From assembly GCA_964413015.1 (NCBI GenBank), contig CAYPQZ010000008.1:111626-175625 (forward strand): a stretch of DNA of 64,000 nt, given 5' to 3'. Below are positions 46,943 to 56,380 of the stretch, piece by piece. Source of the stretch: an uncultured Candidatus Saccharibacteria bacterium. GTDB taxonomy: Bacteria; Patescibacteriota; Minisyncoccia; Portnoybacterales; UBA2143. Made by a program: the position numbers and the translations under genes. The notes under the pieces were generated by a model. It did not search any database and was not told where the DNA came from. It saw only the letters and a list, made by a program, of their open reading frames with translations. The stretch's first letter is position 1. The number at the start of each line of letters is the position of its first letter.

Positions 46943-49081
46943 TTACTCCAAATGAATTGTCTTTTGGAAATTGTCCAGTTTATTCTTCAAGAGAGGATTA
47001 GAAAGGTTTTCCCCCAGAACCTTTTTAGCCGCCTGGCGGCTTTTTTGAATTAACTCTAAGTCATCCAAAGAAGCCATAATTAGGTCCGGTAGACCCCATT
47101 GCTGAGCGCCGATAAAATTTCCCGGTCCGCGTATTTTTAAATCCTTTTCGGCTAACTCAAATCCGTCCTTGGCTTTAAGGATAGCTTTTAGCCGCTGATG
47201 GGTCTTTTTAGCTGACGAATCGGTGAAAAGGAAACAATGGGACTGGTCTTTCCCTCGGCCAATCCGACCGCGAAATTGATGAAGCTGGGCTAGTCCGAAA
47301 CGGTCAGCTCCTTCAATAAGCATAATGGTTGCATTAGGAATATCCACCCCTACCTCAACTACCGAGGTGGAAACTAAAACATCTATTTTACCATCCTTGA
47401 ATTTTTTCATAATTTCTTCTTTCTCTTTCGGCTTAAGCTTTCCGTGCAGCATAGCTATTTTAAACTTCGGAAAAATCTTCTTTGAAAGTTTCTCATATTC
47501 TTCTGTTACGGCCCTTACATCCGTCCATTCGTCTTTTTTAGTTTTTAATTTTGAGTTGTAATTTTGGCTTTTGGCTTTTGGCTTTTGAGTTTCGATTCTG
47601 GGGCAAATCACAAAGGCCTGTTTTTTTTGTTGGATTTGTTTCTTAATGAAATTATATGCTTTTTGACGGTCGTCTGGCGCGACTATTTGAGTAATGATTT
47701 TTTGTCTGCCTTTAGGCAATTCCTTAATTAAGGAAATATCCAGGTCTCCGTAAACAGTTAAGGCCAAGGTGCGAGGAATCGGAGTGGCGGTCATTGATAA
47801 AAAATGGGGCTGATGAATATTTTTTTGCAGAGCGGCTCTTTGAAGGACTCCAAAACGATGCTGTTCGTCAATAATGGTTAGACAGAGGTTTTTAAAATTT
47901 AAATCTTCCTGTAGCAAGGCATGGGTTCCGATAGCGATATCTATTTTCCCTTGACTAATTTGTTTTTTCAGCTGGATTTTAGGGATTGTTCTTCTTTTTG
48001 AAGAATAATCACTAAGGGTAGACTCTGTCCTAGTTAGTAGGGCGATTTTTACGCCGGATTTTTTAAGTAAGTTCTTAAAGGTCTGAAAGTGTTGCTTGGC
48101 CAGAATTTCTGTAGGAGCCATCAGAGCGGTTTGATGCCCGGCTTTAGCTGTTTCCAAAGCAACCATTACAGCGACAACGGTTTTGCCTGAGCCGACATCA
48201 CCATTAAGCAGACGGTTCATTGGTTTGTCTTGGGCTAAATCCTGAAAAATTTCCCAGGCGGCTAATTTCTGGCTGTTGGTTAGTTTAAAAGGAAGATTTT
48301 TAACAAAAGATTTAATGAGCTTCTGATTGAAGGGAATTGGTTGCGCCTTTTCCTGGCTTAGTTTCTGTTTTTGTTGAAGAAACATTAACTGCATTAAAAA
48401 AAGCTCGTCAAAAGACAATCTTTGGCGGGCTTTTCTGGCTAATAAAAGATTATCGGGGAAATGAATTTGCTTGATTGCTTGGCCAAGGTTCATTAAGGAA
48501 AAGTTCTTTTTAATTTGCTCCGGTAAAAAATCGACGAATTGAGAGCTTAAAGGCAGAAGCGGCTTGATTAAATAGCGGAGATACCGGGAGCTTAAACCGG
48601 TGGTTTCCGGATAAACTGGAGTCAACCGGCCAGTATGTGTGAATTGAGAACTGTCCACATTTTTAGTGACAGTCCCTACTATCTCATATGCCGGATTAGA
48701 AAGAACCAAGGTTCCTCTGGCAGAACTTAATTTGCCTGAAAAATTAATTAACCTATTTTTCTTGAGCGTTTCGGTTAAATAGGGCTGGTTGAACCAAACA
48801 GCTTTAATAACGCCGCTGTCGTCTTTAATCAGAGCCTCGGTTAAAACCATCCTTTTCCGGAAAATCCGGGCATTCTCTATTTCAGCAATTTTCCCCTGAA
48901 TGGTCGCCGGCTGGCCCTTTTTCAACTGGCTAATTGGTAGAATCTGGCTGAAGTCTTCATAGCGGTGGGGAAAATGAAAAAAAAGGTCCTTAATTGTCTT
49001 AATGCCAAGCTTATGAAGCTTTTTCAAATAAACAGGACCTACTTTCTTAATTTGTTCAATTTTAGTTAGCAGGGATAACAT
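46943..49081 (-). CDS. recG: ATP-dependent DNA helicase RecG
   Basis: GDVGSGKT, APTEILA.QH, DEQHRFG, TATPIPRT, QLHQFRGRIGR. Confidence 0.97.
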   Translation of the reverse strand: MLSLLTKIEQIKKVGPVYLKKLHKLGIKTIKDLFFHFPHRYEDFSQILPISQLKKGQPATIQGKIAEIENARIFRKRMVLTEALIKDDSGVIKAVWFNQPYLTETLKKNRLINFSGKLSSARGTLVLSNPAYEIVGTVTKNVDSSQFTHTGRLTPVYPETTGLSSRYLRYLIKPLLPLSSQFVDFLPEQIKKNFSLMNLGQAIKQIHFPDNLLLARKARQRLSFDELFLMQLMFLQQKQKLSQEKAQPIPFNQKLIKSFVKNLPFKLTNSQKLAAWEIFQDLAQDKPMNRLLNGDVGSGKTVVAVMVALETAKAGHQTALMAPTEILAKQHFQTFKNLLKKSGVKIALLTRTESTLSDYSSKRRTIPKIQLKKQISQGKIDIAIGTHALLQEDLNFKNLCLTIIDEQHRFGVLQRAALQKNIHQPHFLSMTATPIPRTLALTVYGDLDISLIKELPKGRQKIITQIVAPDDRQKAYNFIKKQIQQKKQAFVICPRIETQKPKAKSQNYNSKLKTKKDEWTDVRAVTEEYEKLSKKIFPKFKIAMLHGKLKPKEKEEIMKKFKDGKIDVLVSTSVVEVGVDIPNATIMLIEGADRFGLAQLHQFRGRIGRGKDQSHCFLFTDSSAKKTHQRLKAILKAKDGFELAEKDLKIRGPGNFIGAQQWGLPDLIMASLDDLELIQKSRQAAKKVLGENLSNPLLKNKLDNFQKTIHLE

Positions 49082-49152
49082 TAAATATTGACCCCGTTAT
49101 CCGACAGGGCATAATATTTGTTAGCCAAATTAAAATTTGGATAAATATTATG

Positions 49153-49226
49153 CGTCCTCGGCAGGACTTGAACCTGCGACCTCTTCCTCCGCAAGGAAGC
49201 GCTCTATCCAACTGAGCCACGAGGAC
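49153..49226 (-). tRNA. tRNA-Arg(GCG)
   Basis: Cloverleaf, stem CTTCC/GGAAG, loop TT-GCG-GA. Confidence 0.9.
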
Positions 49227-49793
49227 TTAAAATTTCAAACTGCGGGCTAAATTGTCAATCAGGGATTCTTTATGTTTTCTTTCAGGCAGGTATTTAAGTA
49301 AAAGCCTTCTTACTTCAACCGGGTTTTCTTCGCCTAAAGGGATTTTAATGTAGGGCATAATTGTTTTCTGACTGCGGATGCTTAATTCTCTGATTAACGG
49401 CGGTTCATAAAAAACCCAGAAAGACCTTAAGCTGTCAAAAGTGTAGAAAGTTTTGTTAATTTTAATTCCTTTAGGAGTGATTGTTAAGTTAAGGGTATTC
49501 GGTCTTTTAAAAGCAAAAGCGGTTACGGAAAAACAGCTTAAGATAATTAGAAAGGCAAAAATGAAATTCTTGCTAAAAATGGCCCAGATGAACAATCCGG
49601 TGGCAATCACTCCGATAGTAATAAACCAAGATTTGCTTTTTTTGTAATATTCAAATTCCGGAGCCGTCCATTCAAGGCGATCCTTTTTTCTTTCAGTTTC
49701 CTTTTTCGTTTCAGCTTTTCCCTCAACGTTTTTGGTATCACGTTCAGTCGGATTCATTTGTTTTTCTTTTAAATTTAAAACATTCTCAGTCAT
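49227..49793 (-). CDS. Conserved hypothetical membrane protein
   Basis: W.APEF.Y..K...W, two TMs, GIKI...Y; stop codon abuts the tRNA-Arg 5' end. Confidence 0.7.
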   Translation of the reverse strand: MTENVLNLKEKQMNPTERDTKNVEGKAETKKETERKKDRLEWTAPEFEYYKKSKSWFITIGVIATGLFIWAIFSKNFIFAFLIILSCFSVTAFAFKRPNTLNLTITPKGIKINKTFYTFDSLRSFWVFYEPPLIRELSIRSQKTIMPYIKIPLGEENPVEVRRLLLKYLPERKHKESLIDNLARSLKF

Positions 49794-49800
49794 ATTTTTA

Positions 49801-49890
49801 ACTGGCGGACTTCGTCACGCCGTAGCCACGCTTCAGCGTAGCTACTGGCGGATTTCGTCACGCCGTAGCCACGCTTCAGCGTGGCGAAGG
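49801..49890. repeat. Two tandem 43-bp units 3' of tRNA-Ser(TGA)
   Basis: Units start at 49801 and 49844. Confidence 0.9.
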
Positions 49891-49976
49891 CGGAGAGGGT
49901 GGGATTCGAACCCACGGTCGCCTAAGGCGACAGCAGTTTTCAAGACTGCCCGATTAAACCGCTCTCGCACCTCTCC
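49891..49976 (-). tRNA. tRNA-Ser(TGA)
   Basis: Type II cloverleaf, anticodon TGA. Confidence 0.95.
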
Positions 49977-49983
49977 AAGAGGA

Positions 49984-50217
49984 TTACAATAAATGTTTTT
50001 TAATAAATGCTCTACTTGAACCGGATTTAAGATATTTTTCGAATTCGTATGCTTTGTATTTATCTTCAGTCGCAAAATAAAAGTTTAGCTTTGCTGGCAA
50101 ACGATTTACTGTTGCTGCTGCATGTCCTTTTTGATGTCGTTGAATTCTATCATTCAAGTCGTCAGTACAGCCTACATAATAGCCATCTTTGCATTTTAAG
50201 CTATAAACGTAATACAT
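49984..50217 (-). CDS. Small GIY-YIG nuclease
   Basis: YYVYSL...YYVGCTDDL..RI.RH...A..FEKYLKS. Confidence 0.88.
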   Translation of the reverse strand: MYYVYSLKCKDGYYVGCTDDLNDRIQRHQKGHAAATVNRLPAKLNFYFATEDKYKAYEFEKYLKSGSSRAFIKKHLL

Positions 50218-50235
50218 AAACACGTACCCGCTTTT

Positions 50236-50333
50236 GCGTAGCTACTGGCGGACTTCGTCACGCCGTAACCACGCTTCAGCGTAGCTACTGGCGGACTTCG
50301 TCACGCCGTAGCCACGCTTCAGCGTGGCGAAGG
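50236..50333. repeat. Two tandem 43-bp units 3' of tRNA-Ser(GCT)
   Basis: Units start at 50244 and 50287. Confidence 0.9.
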
Positions 50334-50418
50334 CGGAGAGGGAGGGATTCGAACCCTCGGTACCCGAAAGTACAACACCTTAGCAGGGTGCCCCATTCGA
50401 CCGCTCTGGCACCTCTCC
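50334..50418 (-). tRNA. tRNA-Ser(GCT)
   Basis: Type II cloverleaf, anticodon GCT. Confidence 0.95.
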
Positions 50419-50456
50419 GTATTTTTACTTTAACATCTTGCTATTTAACAGTCAAT

Positions 50457-51119
50457 TTATCTCCTGGCAATGACTAATCCCCAGATTTCTTTGGGCTTGA
50501 GGGGTTTTAGGACTCGAGCGCATTCTCCCAAGGTGGCTCCGGTGGTGGCAATGTCGTCAATAAGAATAGCCGTAAAAGGACGTAATTTTAAGGACTGTCC
50601 TTTATTTAACATAAAGGCGTTTTTGATATTCTGCTTTCTTTGCCGAGCATTTTGGATTTGAGCCTGCGGCAAATTATATTTTTTCCGGACAATCAAGTTA
50701 TTAACAATTGGAATATTTAATTGCCGGCTAATTTCAAGAGCCAACAATTCTGATTGATTAAAGCCCCGCCAACGCAATCGTTTTTTGTGCAAGGGAACCG
50801 GAATTAGAATAGAATTCCTTTGAATAATGAAATCAGAAAGGACATTTATCCTTTGGACTAGGAGACATCCTAGCGGTTCAGCTAAATCTTTAATAAAGTC
50901 ATACTTGTAATTATGAATAGCTTTTTTAATCAGCGGATGAGCGTAATAGCTGGCCGCAACTAGACCGGTTAAGCCGCTTCCGGAGTTTAATTTTAAAGGC
51001 GGTTTTTTACTTAACGGGATTTGGCTAAAGCAAGTCGGGCAAATAAACTCTCGGTGAGTTTCTTTGCCGCAGCCAAGGCAGTAGACAGGGAAAAGTAAAT
51101 TGATTAAGAGATTTATCAT
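50457..51119 (-). CDS. comF: ComF family phosphoribosyltransferase-like competence protein
   Basis: FP..C.GC...C..C, PVPLH..R...RGFNQ, LIDDIATTGAT. Confidence 0.92.
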   Translation of the reverse strand: MINLLINLLFPVYCLGCGKETHREFICPTCFSQIPLSKKPPLKLNSGSGLTGLVAASYYAHPLIKKAIHNYKYDFIKDLAEPLGCLLVQRINVLSDFIIQRNSILIPVPLHKKRLRWRGFNQSELLALEISRQLNIPIVNNLIVRKKYNLPQAQIQNARQRKQNIKNAFMLNKGQSLKLRPFTAILIDDIATTGATLGECARVLKPLKPKEIWGLVIARR

Positions 51120-51213
51120 ATAGATAAAGATATCATAAAAGGCTGGTTGTGGATATCTTTTTTTTGAATCGTTTGTTAAATGTGATATACTTTTTAAGAC
51201 AGTAAGAACGATA

Positions 51214-52287
51214 ATGTTTTTATTTAAAAAAAAACCAAAGAATTCTTTAGGTATTGATATCGGCGCTTCAGCAATTAAATTTGTTGAGTTGGAAAAAAAA
51301 GATGGAAGGCACGTATTGAAAAATTATGCGATTTATTCTCTAAAGGAATATTTGAAGAAAAGCAACTATCAGGTTGGATTAAGCTCTCTTAAGATTACTA
51401 ATCAAGAGATTGCCGAGATAATCAAAAGAACGATTAAAAAAGCAAATATTGTTTCCAACTCTCTCTGTTTATCTGTCCCGGTTTATTCCAGTTTTTCTAC
51501 GGTAATTGATTTTCCTGATATGCCCGAAAAAGAAATTGCTTCAGCAGTTTCTTTTGAAGCTAAAAAATATATTCCGGTTCCGGTATCTGAAGTAATTTTG
51601 GACTGGAGTATTGTTGGTAATGTTGGTAAAACGTCGGACGGTAAATCCGTCCAGCAAATTCTGTTAGTGGCGGTTCCTAAAGACCTTGTTAATGGGTATA
51701 ATCAAATAGTTCGTTTAAGTGGTTTAAAACTTAAGGCCATAGAAGAAGAAGCTTTCAGTTTGAGCCGCGCCTTAATCGGCAACGATAAAAGTGTAGCGGT
51801 TATGATTGATTCAGGCGCCCGCTCTCTGAATGTCAGTATTGTTGATAACGGCTATATAAAAAATATACATAATCTGGAAATGGGTGGCGTAAAATTGAAC
51901 AAAATCATTGCTAGCCAAATGAACATTGATTTGGAAAAAGCCGAGGCATTGAAAAAGAAATTACCAGATAGCGAATTAGCCAACGGGCATTATCCTCGTC
52001 TCAGAGGCGTCATTCATTCCAGTCTAGAAGTTGTGGTTGCAGAAATTAAGAAAATTATTGATTCTTATCAGGAAAAATACGACCGGAAGGTAGAAAAATG
52101 CATTTTGGTTGGAGGAGGCGTTAGATTGTTTGAATTTGTTGATTTTTTGTCCAAGAGATTGAACGTTGATGTTTCTTTAGGCGATCCTTTTGCACGGATA
52201 GTTTATCCTTCTTTATTAAAACCGGCATTAAAAGAATTAGGTCCATCTCTGGCCGTTGCTACGGGATTGGCTATGAGGGAAAATTAA
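51214..52287 (+). CDS. pilM: Type IV pilus assembly protein PilM
   Basis: GIDIGASAIK.VEL, EAKKYIP, IDSGA, LVGGG, A.GLAMR. Confidence 0.92.
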   Translation: MFLFKKKPKNSLGIDIGASAIKFVELEKKDGRHVLKNYAIYSLKEYLKKSNYQVGLSSLKITNQEIAEIIKRTIKKANIVSNSLCLSVPVYSSFSTVIDFPDMPEKEIASAVSFEAKKYIPVPVSEVILDWSIVGNVGKTSDGKSVQQILLVAVPKDLVNGYNQIVRLSGLKLKAIEEEAFSLSRALIGNDKSVAVMIDSGARSLNVSIVDNGYIKNIHNLEMGGVKLNKIIASQMNIDLEKAEALKKKLPDSELANGHYPRLRGVIHSSLEVVVAEIKKIIDSYQEKYDRKVEKCILVGGGVRLFEFVDFLSKRLNVDVSLGDPFARIVYPSLLKPALKELGPSLAVATGLAMREN

Positions 52288-52296
52288 AATTTTATT

Positions 52297-52881
52297 ATGG
52301 ATATAAAATTGATGCCAAGTAAATATAGCAGAGAGCAAGGTGGTTCTGAAACAGAATCAACGGCGACTGTTAATAAAAAACTATCTTCTAAATCAGGCGT
52401 TTGTCTTGGTTTTTCTTTAATTATTTTAACAGCTGTTCTGCTGGTCTGTTTTGGAATCTGGGGTTACCAAAACAATTTGTCTAAAGAAAAAGAGAAGTTG
52501 GCGGAAGAGATAGAACAATTACAGAGCCAGAGGGACTTAAATTTGGAATCCAAGCTTGTGAACCTAAAGAAGGGCATAGAAAACTTTAAGAAGCTTATTA
52601 ACAAACACATCTATTTTTCTAATATTTTGCGCATGTTTGAAGAATTAACCCTGCCTCAAGTAGCTATTTCAGGTTTAAGCATAGATTTGTCCGAAAACAG
52701 CGTAAGCTTGAGAATAGATTCGGTTAATTACGAAACCTTAGCGAAGCAGATAGTTACTTTTGAGGAAGACGTTCGTATAAAAGAATTGGATACTTCCGGA
52801 GTTAATATGGATTCAGCTGGCTCGGTCGGCTCTAGTTTAGGAATAAAATTAGAACCTGATTTTTTGTATAAACATGAATAA
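52297..52881 (+). CDS. pilN: PilN-like protein
   Basis: DIKLMP motif, TM, coiled coil; between pilM and pilO. Confidence 0.72.
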   Translation: MDIKLMPSKYSREQGGSETESTATVNKKLSSKSGVCLGFSLIILTAVLLVCFGIWGYQNNLSKEKEKLAEEIEQLQSQRDLNLESKLVNLKKGIENFKKLINKHIYFSNILRMFEELTLPQVAISGLSIDLSENSVSLRIDSVNYETLAKQIVTFEEDVRIKELDTSGVNMDSAGSVGSSLGIKLEPDFLYKHE

Positions 52882-53455
52882 AAAAATTATAGCCAGTTTA
52901 ATTATTTTAGCTGCCAGCTTGGCACTGGGGTACTTTTTTATTCCCTCTCATTGGTCTTCGGTTGAAGCTCTCCGGACGGAATTGTCCCAAAAAAAACAAA
53001 CCCTAAACGAGCTTAATGAACTTTTAGAAAAAATTAGTCAAATTGAAGGGGAGTACCAAAATATATCCGATGAAGCGCAAAAGATATTCTTAAGCTTGCC
53101 GGCTAAAAGAGATATTCCCTATTTATTAGTCCATTTTGAAAACTTGGCTTCCAGCAACGGGTTGTTGCTTGAGTCAATAAATTTCGGGCAGCTTGGCAAA
53201 AACGAACAGCAGACGGCGCAACAGACAAAAATTCAATCGGCGAATATCCTTTCTAATCTGCCCTGCTTTACGGCGGATTTAAATATGACCGGCTCTTACG
53301 AGGCTTTTAAGAATTATTTAGCCGCTTTGGAAAAGAGCGCTCGGTTGATGGATGTTAAATCTGCCAGCTTTGCCATTTACGACCGAAGCAACCTTTCTGC
53401 CGGTTTAGGGATTTTTAATTTTAATTTATCATTGAATGTATACTACCTTGATTAA
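52874..53455 (+). CDS. pilO: PilO-like protein
   Basis: TM, coiled coil, LP...DIP.LL, GSY..FK.YL..LE...RL. Confidence 0.8.
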   Translation: MNKKIIASLIILAASLALGYFFIPSHWSSVEALRTELSQKKQTLNELNELLEKISQIEGEYQNISDEAQKIFLSLPAKRDIPYLLVHFENLASSNGLLLESINFGQLGKNEQQTAQQTKIQSANILSNLPCFTADLNMTGSYEAFKNYLAALEKSARLMDVKSASFAIYDRSNLSAGLGIFNFNLSLNVYYLD

Positions 53456-53457
53456 TT

Positions 53458-53790
53458 ATGTTTGAAAATTCGAACAAAAAACAAAATCTTGTTTTGCCTC
53501 AGGAGAAAAAACAGCGTCAATTGATGTTAGTCTTAGCTGTTATGATTTTGGCCATTATAGTTATTTTATTTTTCTATTTCAAACCTTTTGCGTCTAAGCA
53601 ACAGGTAACAACTGAAGAGAATTATTTTCCTGCTGCTCAGAAACAGCTTTTAAAAGAAGTCCTGGTTGATGAAATAGATTTTGACATTAGTTTTTTAAAA
53701 AAATCATTTTTCCAGTCACTGAAAGTCTACGGGGAGTGGCCTTTAAAGATTGGACAGAAAGGCCGGGCGAATCCGTTTTTGCCATATTAA
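53458..53790 (+). CDS. Hypothetical protein at PilP position
   Basis: TM; C-terminal GRANPF. Confidence 0.6.
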   Translation: MFENSNKKQNLVLPQEKKQRQLMLVLAVMILAIIVILFFYFKPFASKQQVTTEENYFPAAQKQLLKEVLVDEIDFDISFLKKSFFQSLKVYGEWPLKIGQKGRANPFLPY

Positions 53791-53795
53791 GTTCA

Positions 53796-55418
53796 ATGAA
53801 TAATTTAAAAAAAACAGAGAAGAATAATCTCAAAAAAAAACCCGAAAACTCAAAATATCCTTTTATAGACTTAAGTAATAAAGAAATTCCAGTAGAGATT
53901 TTAAAGGAAATTCCTGAAGAAGCAGCCACTTTTTACAAGTTTGTTCCGATAAACAGGAAAGGCAATATTCTTGAGTTGGGAATGGTTGATCCGGAAGATC
54001 TTAAAGCTAAGGAAGCTATGAGGTTTATTACCAGGCGTAGCGGATTGGAGCCAAAGATATTCGCCGTTGACATGGTTGGATTAAGGAATGTCATTAAGCA
54101 GTACCGGACCCTTCACGGAGAAGTTAAAAAAGCGCTTAAAGAACTGCAGGGAGAATTGGAAACAGAAACCAAGGCCGAATCGTCCAAAGAGAAAATTAAA
54201 GATATCGCTAAAAAAATTACTGCAGACGCGCCGATAACTAAAATAGTGGCTGTTATTTTAAGACATGCGGTGGAAGGCCAGGCTTCGGATATTCACATAG
54301 AACCGGTGGAAGACAGGGTTAAAGTCCGTTTCAGGATCGACGGTATTCTTTATACCAGTATTTTTTTGCCAAAAGATATTCAGTCAGCCATTGTCTCTCG
54401 GATAAAAATACTTACCAGTTTAAAAATTGACGAAACCAGAGTACCTCAAGATGGTCGTTTTTCGACGACTATCCTTAACAAAAAGATTGATTTCCGGGTT
54501 TCCTCTTTCCCTAATGTTAACGGAGAAAAAGTCGCCTTAAGAGTTCTTGATCCGACTACTGGACTCAAGCCTTTTAGCGAATTAGGCCTGCAGGATTACA
54601 ATCTGAAAACTTTAGAAAAAGCGATTCAGCAGCCTTTTGGCATGATTCTAATAAGCGGGCCGACCGGTTCTGGAAAATCAACCACTCTTTACAGTATTTT
54701 ACAGAAATTAGACCGAGAAGAAGTTAATGTTATTAGTTTGGAGGATCCGGTTGAATACCATATTGGCAATGTAAATCAGTCCCAAATTAGGCCGGAAATC
54801 GGCTATACTTTTGCTTCGGGACTACGGCATATTTTAAGGCAGGATCCGGACATAATTATGGTTGGCGAGATTAGAGATGAAGAGACCGCGAATTTATCTA
54901 TTCATGCCGCTTTAACCGGACATGTTTTTCTTTCTACCTTGCATACTAATAACGCTATTGGAGTTGTCCCTCGTCTGGCGGATATGGGAATTAGCCCTTT
55001 TCTTTTGCCTTCTTCCTTAAATTTGGCTATTGCGCAGAGATTAGTTAGACGGCTTTGCCCTCATTGCCGTAAAGAAGTTGCGGCTTCGCCTCAAATAACC
55101 GAAGCGATTGGAAAAGAATTAACTGCCTTGAATCCAATCCACAGAAAGGCGTTCCCTTGGGAAAAACCCTATAAGATTTATAAATCAGCCGGCTGTAAGT
55201 TTTGCGCTAAAAAGGGTACCAAGGGCAGAATTGCTCTTTTTGAAATGCTGACCATGACCCCTCAATTAGAGAAGATTATAAACGAAGGGCCGAGTGAAGC
55301 GAAGATAAAAGAAGAAGCTGATCGGCAGGGAATGATTACCATGAAGCAGGATGGAATTAATAAAGTGCTTCAAGGAGTTATTTCTTTTGAAGAAATGCTG
55401 AGGGCGGTTGAGAATTAA
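53796..55418 (+). CDS. pilB: Type IV pilus assembly ATPase PilB (GspE family)
   Basis: ASDIHIEP, PQDGR, GPTGSGKST, LRQDPD.IMVGEIRD, CPHC/CKFC, GRIA.FE; start ATG 53796. Confidence 0.95.
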   Translation: MNNLKKTEKNNLKKKPENSKYPFIDLSNKEIPVEILKEIPEEAATFYKFVPINRKGNILELGMVDPEDLKAKEAMRFITRRSGLEPKIFAVDMVGLRNVIKQYRTLHGEVKKALKELQGELETETKAESSKEKIKDIAKKITADAPITKIVAVILRHAVEGQASDIHIEPVEDRVKVRFRIDGILYTSIFLPKDIQSAIVSRIKILTSLKIDETRVPQDGRFSTTILNKKIDFRVSSFPNVNGEKVALRVLDPTTGLKPFSELGLQDYNLKTLEKAIQQPFGMILISGPTGSGKSTTLYSILQKLDREEVNVISLEDPVEYHIGNVNQSQIRPEIGYTFASGLRHILRQDPDIIMVGEIRDEETANLSIHAALTGHVFLSTLHTNNAIGVVPRLADMGISPFLLPSSLNLAIAQRLVRRLCPHCRKEVAASPQITEAIGKELTALNPIHRKAFPWEKPYKIYKSAGCKFCAKKGTKGRIALFEMLTMTPQLEKIINEGPSEAKIKEEADRQGMITMKQDGINKVLQGVISFEEMLRAVEN

Positions 55419-55430
55419 TAATGAGTAAAA

Positions 55431-55907
55431 ATGAAAATTAAGCACAAAAGATTTACCTCGCACCTTTTAAGAATAGGCGCGGGGCGCCAAAAAAATAAAG
55501 AATTCTTGAAGAGTGCGGGGTTTACTTTAAGAGAGCTTTTAGTGGTGGTGGCTATAATTGGTCTCTTAGTGGCGATATCTACAATCAGTGTGGCAAAAAT
55601 TAAAACTAGAAAACAGGATGTCCATCGGGTGAGCGACATAAAATCCATTCAGGAAGCGCTGGCTATGTATCATAACGACTTCCAATTATATCCGATTTAC
55701 GATGGCTATATTACGGGAAGTGACTATATGTCAAATGAATTAATAAGTAATGGTGCAATTCGGCAGGTTCCGACTGATCCGGTAAATCTAGGCGATTATC
55801 AGTATTATTATCAATCTGTTGATGGCTCCGATTATTTAATAGAATATCATTTAGAAACAGATTCAATCGAAGGCAAATCACAGGGATTAAATACCTCTAT
55901 TCCATAA
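55431..55907 (+). CDS. Type IV prepilin
   Basis: G|FTLRELLVVVAIIGLL; VPTDP. Confidence 0.88.
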   Translation: MKIKHKRFTSHLLRIGAGRQKNKEFLKSAGFTLRELLVVVAIIGLLVAISTISVAKIKTRKQDVHRVSDIKSIQEALAMYHNDFQLYPIYDGYITGSDYMSNELISNGAIRQVPTDPVNLGDYQYYYQSVDGSDYLIEYHLETDSIEGKSQGLNTSIP

Positions 55908-55993
55908 TTTGATTACGAAACACGAAGAATTACCAAAATACGAAAAACGACAATTCGTATATTAGTATAAAATTCGTAATTCGTAGAGAAATC

Positions 55994-56380
55994 ATGAAAA
56001 AAATTCTAATTATTGAAGACGATTCGTTCCTTAGCGAGATGTATTTGTCAAAATTTAATCAGAGCAATTTTCAAGCGGAAGTTGCCGCTGACGGCAAGGA
56101 AGGGCTGAATAAAGTTAAATCATTCAGGCCTGATTTGATTCTTCTAGACATTGTTTTGCCTAAAATGGACGGATTCGAAGTTCTTAAAGAAATAAAAAAC
56201 GATTCAGAATTGAAGAAAATTCCAGTTGTCCTTTTAACTAATCTTGGTCAGAAAAGCGAGGTTGAAAAAGGGCTGTCTTTAGGCGCCGAAGAATATATTA
56301 TTAAAGCTCATTTTACTCCCAGCGCTGTTGTTGAAAGGTCTAAAGAAATTATTAATAAGCAAATAACTAAGAATGAATAA
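55994..56380 (+). CDS. Stand-alone response regulator receiver
   Basis: ILIIEDD, PDLILLDIVLPKMDG, LT, GA..YI.K. Confidence 0.92.
   Translation: MKKILIIEDDSFLSEMYLSKFNQSNFQAEVAADGKEGLNKVKSFRPDLILLDIVLPKMDGFEVLKEIKNDSELKKIPVVLLTNLGQKSEVEKGLSLGAEEYIIKAHFTPSAVVERSKEIINKQITKNE

Noticed and set aside
49801-50333. 43-bp repeats as a CRISPR array
   Set aside because: Units are head to tail with no unique spacers, only two per locus, and there are no cas genes in the window.
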